From Lachnospiraceae bacterium (GTDB lineage: Bacteria > Bacillota > Clostridia > Lachnospirales > Lachnospiraceae), in the NCBI GenBank assembly GCA_024685315.1, contig JAIKVW010000020.1, positions 7,385 through 71,384 on the forward strand: DNA of 64,000 nt, read 5' to 3'. A model generated the notes under the pieces. The model had not been told where the DNA came from and ran no database searches. It saw only the letters and a program-made list of their open reading frames with translations. A program made the translations under genes and the position numbers. This document shows, in pieces, positions 18,532 to 27,173 of the stretch. How positions within the stretch are numbered: the stretch's first letter is position 1; each line of letters opens with the position of its first letter.

Positions 18532-19503
18532 TTACCCTTTGATCTCCTTCAGTTTCTCGATCATTGCAGGCAGCACCTCGTTGAGGTCCTTTACAACGCA
18601 CTGGTTAGCGACCTTAAAAATCGGTGCGTCCGGATCGGTGTTCACCGCAACGATGTATTCGGAATTCTTCATTCCGTTCACATGCGGCACCGCGCCGGAG
18701 ATACCAAAGGAAATGTACAGTTTTGGCGTAACGGTCTTTCCGGTTATGCCGATCTGGTGGTCATGGCTGATCCATCCGTTATTTACCGCGATACGGCTTG
18801 CCCCGACGCTGCCGCCAACAAGGCGGGCGAGCTCATAAAGCCTGTCGAAGCTTTCCTGGCTTCCCATTCCGTTTCCGCCGGCAATAATGATGTCGGCGTT
18901 TTCTATGTCGGCCTTTGCCACGTCGTCATCCGGAGTAAATCCGAGGAGCGATGTCAGCATTACCGAATCCGGTACATCCGGATCCTCTTTAACTATCTCA
19001 GCGGATGCCGCGGTATCCGGCTCGCCAAGCTTAAATATTCCTCTGCGGAAGGTGCCGATCTTCGGCTCGCCTTCTATCACGATATCGGTGTTCAGCAGGC
19101 CGTCATACGAGGGCCTTATGAAATGGACCCCGTCCTCGCGGCATTCGATATCCGTGCATTCGCTCGCGATGCCGGCCCCGAGCCTCGCTGAAACCGCAGC
19201 GGCGAGGTCGCGCCCGTAAGCGGTGGATCCGATAAGGATGACGCCGGGAGCATATTTTCCGGATAGTTTCTCAACTACTATGCTGTCTCTCTCAAGCACG
19301 GACGCCCTGTCAACAGCGTATACTTTAGAAGCTCCGTATGCCGCGGCCTGCTCTGCCGCGATTCCGGTATCCTCTCCGATCACCACAGCCTCTGCCGCGC
19401 ATCCGGCTTCAGAGGCAAGGGCAGCTGCCTTTCCCATTATCTCGAGGCTCGCCCTGGAGGGCTTTCCTTCGGTCAGTTCAAATATTACCCAGATATTATT
19501 CAT
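18532..19503 (-). CDS. etfA: Electron transfer flavoprotein, alpha subunit
   Basis: 323-aa ORF. C-terminal FAD-binding block ISFGISGAVPHVNGMKNSEYIVAVNTDPDAPIF. Confidence 0.9.
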   Translation of the reverse strand: MNNIWVIFELTEGKPSRASLEIMGKAAALASEAGCAAEAVVIGEDTGIAAEQAAAYGASKVYAVDRASVLERDSIVVEKLSGKYAPGVILIGSTAYGRDLAAAVSARLGAGIASECTDIECREDGVHFIRPSYDGLLNTDIVIEGEPKIGTFRRGIFKLGEPDTAASAEIVKEDPDVPDSVMLTSLLGFTPDDDVAKADIENADIIIAGGNGMGSQESFDRLYELARLVGGSVGASRIAVNNGWISHDHQIGITGKTVTPKLYISFGISGAVPHVNGMKNSEYIVAVNTDPDAPIFKVANQCVVKDLNEVLPAMIEKLKEIKG

Positions 19504-19515
19504 GCCGGCACCTCC

Positions 19516-20292
19516 TTAAATGTAATGCTTTTCTGTGAGAAGGTCGACAAGTTTCACTCCGGCTTCCGCGCCGTCAGCTGCTTCAAGCACCGCTCCTTTC
19601 GCTTCGGCTTTCGGAGGGTAGAGCGAGACCACTTTCGAGCGGCTCGCAAGCTCTTCCTCTGAAAGTCCGAGGATGCTGTTGTCAAGCACGGTCACGACCG
19701 CCTTCTTTGCCGCGGTCTTTCCCTTGAGCGAGGGTGCCGCAGGCCTTCCGGCGTCCGTTGTAACGGAAATGACTACCGGAATCTTCCCGGACAGGGTCTC
19801 GTAGCCCTTTCCGGTCTTGCGCTCGGCTTCAACTCCCTCTTCGGTGAGCGATGCGCTGCTTACATGCGAAAGGATCCCGGCCCCGAGCATTGCGGCGAGC
19901 TTCGGCCCGATCTGCCCGGTGGCTCCGTCTATCGAGGATGCCCCGCAGAAAATAATGTCGTAACCGCCTGCGCGGTCGATCGCTGCCTTAAGTACCCTTG
20001 CGGTAACCAGCGAATCCGCTCCTGCGTATGCGTCATCGGTGATCCTCACGAGCTCGCCGGCCCCGTATGCGGCCGCGTCCCGCAGGATCCCCTCGCAGCT
20101 GTCCGGCCCCATCGACATCGCGGTAAGCGGTGCGCCGGCTGCTTTCGCAAAGGCAACTGCGCAGTTTACTGCGGAAAGTCCGGCGGGGTCGGACATTTTT
20201 CCGGCGCCGGATCTGTCAACGGTGAGTGTCTCCCTGTCGATCTTTATGTCATTGACGACAGGAACTTCTTTGATAAGCACAAGTATCTTCAT
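19516..20292 (-). CDS. etfB: Electron transfer flavoprotein, beta subunit
   Basis: 258-aa ORF. MKILVLIKEVP... start and IIFCGASSIDGATGQIGP block. Lies directly upstream of etfA. Confidence 0.9.
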   Translation of the reverse strand: MKILVLIKEVPVVNDIKIDRETLTVDRSGAGKMSDPAGLSAVNCAVAFAKAAGAPLTAMSMGPDSCEGILRDAAAYGAGELVRITDDAYAGADSLVTARVLKAAIDRAGGYDIIFCGASSIDGATGQIGPKLAAMLGAGILSHVSSASLTEEGVEAERKTGKGYETLSGKIPVVISVTTDAGRPAAPSLKGKTAAKKAVVTVLDNSILGLSEEELASRSKVVSLYPPKAEAKGAVLEAADGAEAGVKLVDLLTEKHYI

Positions 20293-20312
20293 CCCTTACC
20301 TCCTGTTAAGAT

Positions 20313-21125
20313 TTATAGTATCTGTTTGTTGTATCTGTATAAAAATGTAACTATGATGCGGCGTACGCATTCTTTCTCAGGATGGAAAGTCCCGTCCTTG
20401 TATCCCTCGGTGATCTGATTTTCGGCCGCCCAGAGCACCGCTTTGTAAAAAGGATTCTCTGATCCGTCTTCCAGCCTCTCCGGAACGTCTGAAAAAGGAA
20501 TGCCTTCGGCTTCCGGTTCCGGCTTCCCGGCCAGGATCCACAGGGCCCGCATTACCATTCCGCGGGTGCAGTTCTCCTTAACGTCCGCGGTAAATGTGCC
20601 GTCTTCATTCCTGCGCGGCTCCATTATCCCGTTCTCAGCGCCCCACAGCACCGGCTTGTAGAAATAATTCTTCTCCACAGCGTCGGTATAGACAGCTTCG
20701 GTTTCCTCCGGTTCAGGGCTTCCCGACATCCTCCAGAGGAATGTCACCATCTGGGCGGCGGTACAGATATTTTCCGGCCGGAATGTCACATAGTCGCCTG
20801 CGGTATCTTCGTATCCGTTGACTATTCCGCTGCTGCGGCCCCAGTAAACCGGTGTAAACCAGAAATCGCCCGGATCCGTAACGTCCTTGTACATCACGAG
20901 GATATCCCTCTCCGCGGACGCCCCGTTGGAGCCTTCCGCGGTCACAGTGACTTCTCCCGCGCTCCTGCCGGTGACTTCTCCCTTGTCGTTCACGGAAACA
21001 TTTTTGTTTGAGGCCTTCCAGACGACCTTAAGCTCCGGATCCGGCGGATCAGGCTGTGCGGCGAGGTATATCTTCCTCCCGCAGATCACTGTGAGATTGT
21101 CTTTATTAGTCAGATCAAGATCCAC
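20313..21125 (-). CDS. Protein with a Big_2-like Ig domain and three SLH-like repeats (GTG start, no signal peptide seen)
   Basis: 270-aa ORF. VSVNDKGEVTGRSAGEVTVTAEG resembles bacterial Ig-like group 2. Three repeats of the type F..PV.W....GI..GY.D....F.P (FWFTPVYWG, FYKPVLWGAENGI, FYKAVLWAAENQITEGYKDGTFHP). Confidence 0.55.
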   Translation of the reverse strand: MDLDLTNKDNLTVICGRKIYLAAQPDPPDPELKVVWKASNKNVSVNDKGEVTGRSAGEVTVTAEGSNGASAERDILVMYKDVTDPGDFWFTPVYWGRSSGIVNGYEDTAGDYVTFRPENICTAAQMVTFLWRMSGSPEPEETEAVYTDAVEKNYFYKPVLWGAENGIMEPRRNEDGTFTADVKENCTRGMVMRALWILAGKPEPEAEGIPFSDVPERLEDGSENPFYKAVLWAAENQITEGYKDGTFHPEKECVRRIIVTFLYRYNKQIL

Positions 21126-21140
21126 TTTGCCTTATCCCCC

Positions 21141-21590
21141 TTAACCAAGCAATTCCGGAATCAGAATAAACGAAGCACCTATCAGCACCGCGATCAGGAT
21201 AATGAACAGGACCGAAAGGACCAGCCCCACGATCGAGCAGATCTTTCCTGCTTTAAGAATGCTTCCGGTATAACCGTCTCCCCTGGCCATGTTGTTGAGG
21301 ACAAGCCCAACTACTCCGAGTATGACCCCGGCAATAGGTGTGAGCACAAATATCAGGACTATGGAAAGGATTCCCACGATCATACTGACAAGTGCTTTGG
21401 TATATCCCGGACGGTCAGATTCCTTCTCCGGAGCCTGGCCAAAGCTCTCATATACCGGCTCTCTGGTATATTCCGGTTCCCTGTCGAACTTCGGTTCCGG
21501 CTTTTTAACGACTCCTGCGCCGCAGTGGGAACAGAATTTATCATTCTCCCCAATCACACTTCCGCAATATTCGCAAATCATTTCTGACAC
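21141..21590 (-). CDS. Zinc-ribbon membrane protein (DUF4190-like)
   Basis: 149-aa ORF. N-terminal CEYCGS...DKFCSHCG double CxxC, then two or three hydrophobic helices. Confidence 0.65.
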   Translation of the reverse strand: MSEMICEYCGSVIGENDKFCSHCGAGVVKKPEPKFDREPEYTREPVYESFGQAPEKESDRPGYTKALVSMIVGILSIVLIFVLTPIAGVILGVVGLVLNNMARGDGYTGSILKAGKICSIVGLVLSVLFIILIAVLIGASFILIPELLG

Positions 21591-21765
21591 CTTCCCTTCA
21601 CTACTATTTTACATCCTTAGGGCACCTGCTGTACACCTTTTCCGGAGTTTTTTTTATTTTTCGGATCGGGGCGGTGCCGCCGGCCTGCTTCTCAATGCCG
21701 CGGCATCCCCTAATAAAAAAGGAGATGCCGGCACCCGATAATTGGATGCCTGACACCTCCCGCTT

Positions 21766-22656
21766 TTAACTATACTGAAGCCCGGCCGCCTCGCAAAGGC
21801 TCTTCAGCCTTTCGTGAGAAATCTCATATTTGCTGCCGCAGAACTCGCAGGCAACTTCCACCGGTTTCCCGTCGTCCAGGATCTCCTTAAGGTCGTCCCT
21901 GCTGATGCTGAGCAGCACCTTTTCAACTTTTTCCTCGGAGCAGTCGCACACGAAGGCCGCCGGAATGGGGTCGTAAAATTCAGTATCGAGCCCCTCCATG
22001 ACCCTTCGGATAATGTCCTCCGGGGTCATGCCTTCCTCAAGCATGGTGGTGTAAGGCGGAAGCGCGCCGATATTTTCCTCCAGCTTTGCGATCACGCGCT
22101 CCTCGGTATTCGGCATCAGCTGCAGGATAAAGCCGCCGGCCTGCTTCACGCTCTGGTCCCTGTCGACCAGCACGCCGAGGGCCACGCTGGAATTCGTCTG
22201 CTCGCTGTTCGCGAAAAAATACGCGAGGTCTTCCGCGATCTCCCCGCTGACTATCTGGGTCTCTCCGACATAGGGATCCTTCAGCCCGTAATCCCTTACG
22301 ACGCTGAGCACGCCAAGGTCTATCGCGCCGGAGACGTCAAGCTTGCCTTTTGCGTTAAGCGGAAGATCCACGAAAGGATTAATGGCATAGCCTTTAACGC
22401 TCCCGTCGGTCTTTGCTACCACGGTCATTCCCTTGACCGGCCCGCTGCAGTTGATCCTGAGGGTCAGGCTCGCGTCCTCGCCTTCCATCATGCTGCCCAT
22501 CAGGGCCCCGGCCGTGAGAAGCCTCCCAAGCGCGGCGGTGATCACCGGAAGAGTGTGGTGATACTGCCTTGCCTGCTCTACCAGATCCTTCGTCGTTGCC
22601 GCAAATATGCGGACCTGATGATCCGCGCCAGAAGCATGCGCTATATAATCATGCAT
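21766..22656 (-). CDS. hslO: Redox-regulated chaperone Hsp33
   Basis: C-terminal zinc centre CDCS...CEFCGSKY and N-terminal VRIFAATTKDLVEQA. Start set at ATG 22654-22656 (MHDYIAH), preceded by AGGAGA. The track start at 22710 is an extension. Confidence 0.9.
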   Translation of the reverse strand: MHDYIAHASGADHQVRIFAATTKDLVEQARQYHHTLPVITAALGRLLTAGALMGSMMEGEDASLTLRINCSGPVKGMTVVAKTDGSVKGYAINPFVDLPLNAKGKLDVSGAIDLGVLSVVRDYGLKDPYVGETQIVSGEIAEDLAYFFANSEQTNSSVALGVLVDRDQSVKQAGGFILQLMPNTEERVIAKLEENIGALPPYTTMLEEGMTPEDIIRRVMEGLDTEFYDPIPAAFVCDCSEEKVEKVLLSISRDDLKEILDDGKPVEVACEFCGSKYEISHERLKSLCEAAGLQYS

Positions 22657-22710
22657 ATTTTTTCTCCTGATAATATTCTGAAGGCCCTGCAAAGCAGGGC
22701 CCGGATCCAT

Positions 22711-22887
22711 TTACATCTGATGCTTTACGACGGCATACTCGTCGTCAAGACGGTAGTATGGGCAGGAGGTGTGGCTTTTAAATGCTGTCAGCCTGTATAC
22801 GTCGTCTTCGTCCATATCTACATAGCAGTAGTATGCCTCATCATCCTCGTCGTAAACATAATTAACGCAGGTATCGCACTGTGACAT
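22711..22887 (-). CDS. Small acidic Cys-rich protein (58 aa), below the ORF-track cutoff
   Basis: My translation: MSQCDTCVNYVYDEDDEAYYCYVDMDEDDVYRLTAFKSHTSCPYYRLDDEYAVVKHQM, with CxxC...C...C spacing. Its stop abuts the hslO upstream region and it fills an otherwise empty gap between hslO and the XRE gene. Confidence 0.45.
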   Translation of the reverse strand: MSQCDTCVNYVYDEDDEAYYCYVDMDEDDVYRLTAFKSHTSCPYYRLDDEYAVVKHQM

Positions 22888-22923
22888 ATGGCCGTATCAT
22901 CCTCCCGGCAGAACGTGGATCTC

Positions 22924-23574
22924 TCATGCCTCCCTGATAAGGGTGAGATACCAGTCTCCGACGTCATTCCTGTCAAACATCTCGTCTGCTTCCACAGTTT
23001 CTGCAGTTTCAATTGTCTTTGCAGTCTCTTCGGCCTCTTCGATGCCAAGGACTTTGTTCCAGTGCTTCCTGATGATGTCCGAAAGCTCGCCGATCCACTC
23101 GGAATATGCCTTTACCAGGGTTTCCTCTCCCGGAATTTCCTCTGCGTTCTTGCCGAATAACCCGCGAAGCGCTGCCTCAAGCACTCCGTTTACCTCTGCG
23201 AGGAGAAGGGGCTTCACTTCTTCATCGCTGGAATTCAGGCTCTTCTCAATTATGCCGAACCTGCCGGGCAGGGGCTTTTTGCCGGTGCGGGCTGCCGCCG
23301 GTGCGCTGCTCTTCTCTGGAGCGGGATTCCCCTCCTTAACGGAAGAGGGGCTCATAGCCAGCGCCTCAAGCTCCTTCTGCTCTACGTCGGTGATCTCTCC
23401 GAAGAACTTCTCGTCGATCCCGAAGAACTCGGCCATCTCGGCCTTCCTCTTGGGCGGGATCTGCTTGCGGCCGTTCTCCCAGCTGCTAATTGCCTGCCTG
23501 CTGACACCAAGAACTGCAGAAAGCTCTGCGAGAGAGAGGTTGCTCTTTCTCCTTATATAAGTTAATCCTATCAT
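22924..23574 (-). CDS. XRE-family helix-turn-helix protein with long C-terminal extension
   Basis: 216-aa ORF. LSLAELSAVLGVSRQAISSWENGRKQIP is a canonical Cro/C1-type HTH. Confidence 0.75.
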   Translation of the reverse strand: MIGLTYIRRKSNLSLAELSAVLGVSRQAISSWENGRKQIPPKRKAEMAEFFGIDEKFFGEITDVEQKELEALAMSPSSVKEGNPAPEKSSAPAAARTGKKPLPGRFGIIEKSLNSSDEEVKPLLLAEVNGVLEAALRGLFGKNAEEIPGEETLVKAYSEWIGELSDIIRKHWNKVLGIEEAEETAKTIETAETVEADEMFDRNDVGDWYLTLIREA

Positions 23575-23714
23575 TTTATCTTATTCCTTCCCGGGCTTTT
23601 CGCCCTGTGCGGCTCGGATGACCATTTTCTCGTTGCAGAAATTTTCCCACAGGTTTACAGAGGTGTCAACCGCAACAGGGAAGAAATTGTATTTTTTAGG
23701 AGACAATTTGGGGC

Positions 23715-24659
23715 TTAAAGCTCCTCGATCACTTTTTTCAGGGCCTCTCCGCTTGCAATAAGCTTTTCATGCTCTTCATCGCTTAATTTTATGGTCAGGA
23801 CCTTCTCTATCCCGCTGCTTCCAAGGATCGTCGGAAGCCCCAGATGTACGCCTTCCAGGCCGTATTCGCCGTGGAGCGGGACCGATACGGTCAGCACGGC
23901 ATGCTCATTCTTGGAAATGCAGGTACAGATCCGGGAGACCGCCATCGCGATTCCGTAATAAGTCGCGCCTTTCTTGCTGATGATCTTTGAACCGCTGTCG
24001 CGCACGTTTTCGTATATTTCCTGTAAGGTCTCGCTCTGGTCGCCCTCGTAGCCGCGGATCCTGCAGAATTCAGCCAGAGGCACTCCTGCGATATTCGTGA
24101 TGCTCCAGAGCGGGACCTCGCTGTCCCCGTGCTCGCCTATTATCATGGTGTGTACGTTCCTCGCATCCACGGAAAGCAGCTGCGAAAGCTCGTCCTTAAG
24201 CCTTGCGGTGTCAAGCACGGTGCCGCTCCCGATCACGCGGTTCTCCGGGTATCCGGACATCTCCACCGCAAGGTGCGTGAGGATATCCATGGGGTTGGAG
24301 ACTATCAGGAGGATCCCTTCAAATCCGGAAGCCTTTATGGGATCTATCACGGATCTCAGGATCGCGCTGTTCCTGTTTATCAGGTCAAGCCTGCTCTCGC
24401 CCTGCTTTCTTGCGGTCCCCGCGGTAATTATTATGATCCCGGCGTCCCCCACGTCGGAATAATCTCCGGCATGTATATGCATTGCCCCGGTGTAGGGAAG
24501 CCCGTTCGAGAGGTCCATCGCTTCTCCCTCGGATTTATCGGTATTGTAGTCTATCAGCACAAGCTCGCTGTAAATGTCCTTCTGCATTAGCGCGAACGCG
24601 ATGGACGCCCCCACGTTGCCAAGGCCTATTATAGCGGCTTTCCTCGGATTGATTGCCAT
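23715..24659 (-). CDS. ldh: L-lactate dehydrogenase
   Basis: 314-aa ORF. AAIIGLGNVGAS Rossmann loop, ITAG, IGEHGDSEVPLWS. Confidence 0.9.
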   Translation of the reverse strand: MAINPRKAAIIGLGNVGASIAFALMQKDIYSELVLIDYNTDKSEGEAMDLSNGLPYTGAMHIHAGDYSDVGDAGIIIITAGTARKQGESRLDLINRNSAILRSVIDPIKASGFEGILLIVSNPMDILTHLAVEMSGYPENRVIGSGTVLDTARLKDELSQLLSVDARNVHTMIIGEHGDSEVPLWSITNIAGVPLAEFCRIRGYEGDQSETLQEIYENVRDSGSKIISKKGATYYGIAMAVSRICTCISKNEHAVLTVSVPLHGEYGLEGVHLGLPTILGSSGIEKVLTIKLSDEEHEKLIASGEALKKVIEEL

Positions 24660-24701
24660 ACTCTCCGTCCTCCTGAATATATATTTGATAAAAAGTTCTG
24701 T

Positions 24702-24980
24702 TCAGAACCGCTGCATTACCAGAAAAATCATCGCCGCGTTCGCGGCAAGCCCCAGAATGTTCACCAGTATGAAATACCATTTCCGGGTCTTGTGGCGGAA
24801 TGCCTTCATGCCGGCAAACGCTCCGGCCGCGCCCCCTGCAAGCGCGGCAAAAAGCAGCACTGCCTCGGGGATCCTGTATTTGCTCTTTTTCGCGCGGCTC
24901 TTGTCGATCCCGTAAAGGATAAAGCAGAGCGCGCACATTGCTGCCAAATAGACCAGATAATATTTTAATTCGTCAGTCAT
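24702..24980 (-). CDS. DUF1294 small membrane protein
   Basis: 92-aa ORF. YGIDKSRAKKSKYRIPE...GGAAGAFAGMKAFRHKTRK signature. Confidence 0.75.
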   Translation of the reverse strand: MTDELKYYLVYLAAMCALCFILYGIDKSRAKKSKYRIPEAVLLFAALAGGAAGAFAGMKAFRHKTRKWYFILVNILGLAANAAMIFLVMQRF

Positions 24981-25854
24981 TCTTCCCGAAGACCTTTTCC
25001 CTGAGTTTTTCCCCGGTGGGCGTAGCCGCGAGCCCTCCGAGGGAAGTCTCGCGCAGCTGCCTGGGCATGTCCCTGCCGACCTCGCCCATCGCGTCTATGG
25101 CCTCGTCTGCGGGAATGTACGCGGGAATCCCGGCAAGCACCATGTCCGCCGCCGCAAATGCATTCATTACTCCAGAGACGTTCCTTTTGATGCAGGGGAT
25201 CTCGACCAGCCCTGCCACCGGATCGCACACAAGCCCCATCTGGCAGGCCAGCACAATGCTGCAGGCGTCGGCGCACTGCCTGGGCGATCCTCCGCCGAGC
25301 TCCGCAAGAGCCGCGGCCGCCATTGCTCCCGCTGCCCCGCATTCCGCCTGGCATCCGCCCTCGGATCCTGCGATGGTCGCTCTCGATGCGATCACCATTC
25401 CGACCGCGCCGGCAGTGAAAGCCGCCATTACCAGCTCTTTTTTACTGTATTTTCCTTCCTCGTACAGTGAGACGAGACACCCCGGAAGTATCCCGCAGCT
25501 CCCTGCGGTCGGGGCCGCGACTATTTTTCCCATCGAGGCGTTGCAGCAGGACACCGCAAGGGTCCTTGCCATCACCCCGGTCATAAAGCTCCCGGAGAGC
25601 CCTCCGGAGCCTTTAGCGTAGAGCGCCATCAGGAATCCCTCGGGGCCTGTGAGCCCTGAGGTCGAGCGCAGGCCCTCTGCCTGCCCCTTCCTGACGGATT
25701 CGCACATTACGTCGAAATTCTCCTCCATCTGCAGATATACTTCCTCCTCGGAAAGCTCCATCTGCGCGGCCTGGTCCCTGAGTACCGCCTCGCTTATCCG
25801 CAGGTCCGCGTCCTCTGCCGCCTTAACTATTTCCTCTATAGATTCGTAGAACAA
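24973..25854 (-). CDS. sdaAA: L-serine dehydratase, iron-sulfur type, alpha subunit
   Basis: 293-aa ORF directly downstream of the beta subunit gene. AAPTAGSCGILPG and GGCQAECG blocks. Confidence 0.9.
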   Translation of the reverse strand: MFYESIEEIVKAAEDADLRISEAVLRDQAAQMELSEEEVYLQMEENFDVMCESVRKGQAEGLRSTSGLTGPEGFLMALYAKGSGGLSGSFMTGVMARTLAVSCCNASMGKIVAAPTAGSCGILPGCLVSLYEEGKYSKKELVMAAFTAGAVGMVIASRATIAGSEGGCQAECGAAGAMAAAALAELGGGSPRQCADACSIVLACQMGLVCDPVAGLVEIPCIKRNVSGVMNAFAAADMVLAGIPAYIPADEAIDAMGEVGRDMPRQLRETSLGGLAATPTGEKLREKVFGKND

Positions 25855-25867
25855 TTTTCCTTCTCCG

Positions 25868-26536
25868 TCATATAGACTTGATCAGTATCACGTTCAGGAC
25901 GTAATCAAGCTTACGCAGTTCTTCAATCATGCCTTCCGGGGGCACTGCGTCGATCTCGATCGTCATCAGCGCGTGCCCGCCCTTCACGGGCCTCGTGAGC
26001 CTGAAATTCCCGATATTTACGTCGCTGAACTTTTCGCGCATGAGGTTCGTGACCTCTGCTATCACTCCGGGCCGGTCCTGATGCAGGATCAGTATGGTAT
26101 TGTGGTCGCCGTTAAAATCGACCTTAAGGCCGTTGATATTGTCGACGCGGATATTTCCGCCGCCTATGGAGGCTCCCTGCACAGTGATCACCGAGCCGTC
26201 TTTGCTCTTTATGGTGATCCTCGCGGTGTTCGGGTGCGTCCCGGGGATCTCGGTGCTTATGAACCTGTAATCTATCCCCCGTTCTTTCGCGATCTCGAAC
26301 GCGTCTTTTATCTCTTCGTCATTGCTCTTGTAGCCCATGATCCCGGCGAGGAGGGCCCTGTCGGTCCCGTGGCCCCTGTAGGTCTTTGCAAATGACCCCG
26401 AGAGCTCGACCGTGACTTCGGACGGCTCCCTTCCGTCAAGCACCTTCATTGCAACCTTTCCGAGGCGCAGTGCCCCGGCAGTATGCGAGCTTGAGGGCCC
26501 GATCATCACCGGCCCGATTATATCGAAAACGTTCAT
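25868..26536 (-). CDS. sdaAB: L-serine dehydratase, iron-sulfur type, beta subunit (with ACT-like C-terminus)
   Basis: 222-aa ORF. MNVFDIIGPVMIGPSSSHTAGALRLG start. Confidence 0.9.
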   Translation of the reverse strand: MNVFDIIGPVMIGPSSSHTAGALRLGKVAMKVLDGREPSEVTVELSGSFAKTYRGHGTDRALLAGIMGYKSNDEEIKDAFEIAKERGIDYRFISTEIPGTHPNTARITIKSKDGSVITVQGASIGGGNIRVDNINGLKVDFNGDHNTILILHQDRPGVIAEVTNLMREKFSDVNIGNFRLTRPVKGGHALMTIEIDAVPPEGMIEELRKLDYVLNVILIKSI

Positions 26537-26543
26537 TACAGGA

Positions 26544-27149
26544 TCATTCCTCCCAAGGCCTGATACGGTAGCTCACTCCGAGGCTTTCGCAGATCTGTCT
26601 GCACTTCTCCTCTTCTTCCTTCGGGATCGTGGTGTCCACCGTCGTAAGGACTACCTTCGGGATCACCTTTGCGCACTCTGCCGCGAAACGCAGCATCTCG
26701 GCGTGGGAAGCCCTCCCGAAACGCGGCCTTACGATATTATAATACTCCTCCGGGTCCGGCGTGTTAAGGCTAATGCTCACGGTATCTATAAGCCCTGCCA
26801 TCTCGGGCACTATGTCCCTCCCGTTCACCAGGCAGCCAAGCCCGTTGGTGTTAAGCCTGATCGGGACACAGCTTCTGCTTTTGATCTCGGCAGCGGTCTC
26901 TTTCAGGAGCTCAAAGGCCTCCGTAGGCTCGCCGAATCCGCAGAATACGACTTCCTCGTACTTAGAAAGGTCCTGTTCATCGAGCGCTGCAAAGACCTCC
27001 TCTTTGGAAGGAGAATGATCGAGCCAGAGCGGGCCCGAGCCGCCAACTGACTCCATGGTCTTCCTGAGGCAGAAAGTGCAGTTGCAGGGGCATTTATTTG
27101 TCAGATTTACGTAGAGGCCGTTATGTACCTCATAAAATATAGTCATCAT
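26544..27149 (-). CDS. Small radical SAM protein (TatD-associated type)
   Basis: 201-aa ORF. LTNKCPCNCTFCLR cysteine cluster near the N-terminus. Confidence 0.7.
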   Translation of the reverse strand: MMTIFYEVHNGLYVNLTNKCPCNCTFCLRKTMESVGGSGPLWLDHSPSKEEVFAALDEQDLSKYEEVVFCGFGEPTEAFELLKETAAEIKSRSCVPIRLNTNGLGCLVNGRDIVPEMAGLIDTVSISLNTPDPEEYYNIVRPRFGRASHAEMLRFAAECAKVIPKVVLTTVDTTIPKEEEEKCRQICESLGVSYRIRPWEE

Positions 27150-27173
27150 ATCTATTCGCCTTCTTTACGTTTT

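Noticed and set aside
21126-21140. Possibility that the zinc-ribbon gene and the Ig/SLH-like gene are one gene split by a nonsense mutation
   Set aside because: They share a frame, but the 15-nt gap adds a second in-frame stop (TAA) to the upstream gene's own stop. The gap also carries a plausible RBS (GGGGGA) for the downstream GTG, so I treated them as two genes.
21814-22884. 356-aa + strand ORF
   Set aside because: Antisense to hslO and to the small Cys-rich gene. Shadow ORF.
24688-24706. Palindrome GTTCTG-TT-CAGAAC upstream of ldh as a possible Rex operator
   Set aside because: It does not fit the TTGTGAA-N6-TTCACAA type Rex consensus, and it overlaps the stop of the DUF1294 gene. Probably fortuitous, or a weak terminator stem.
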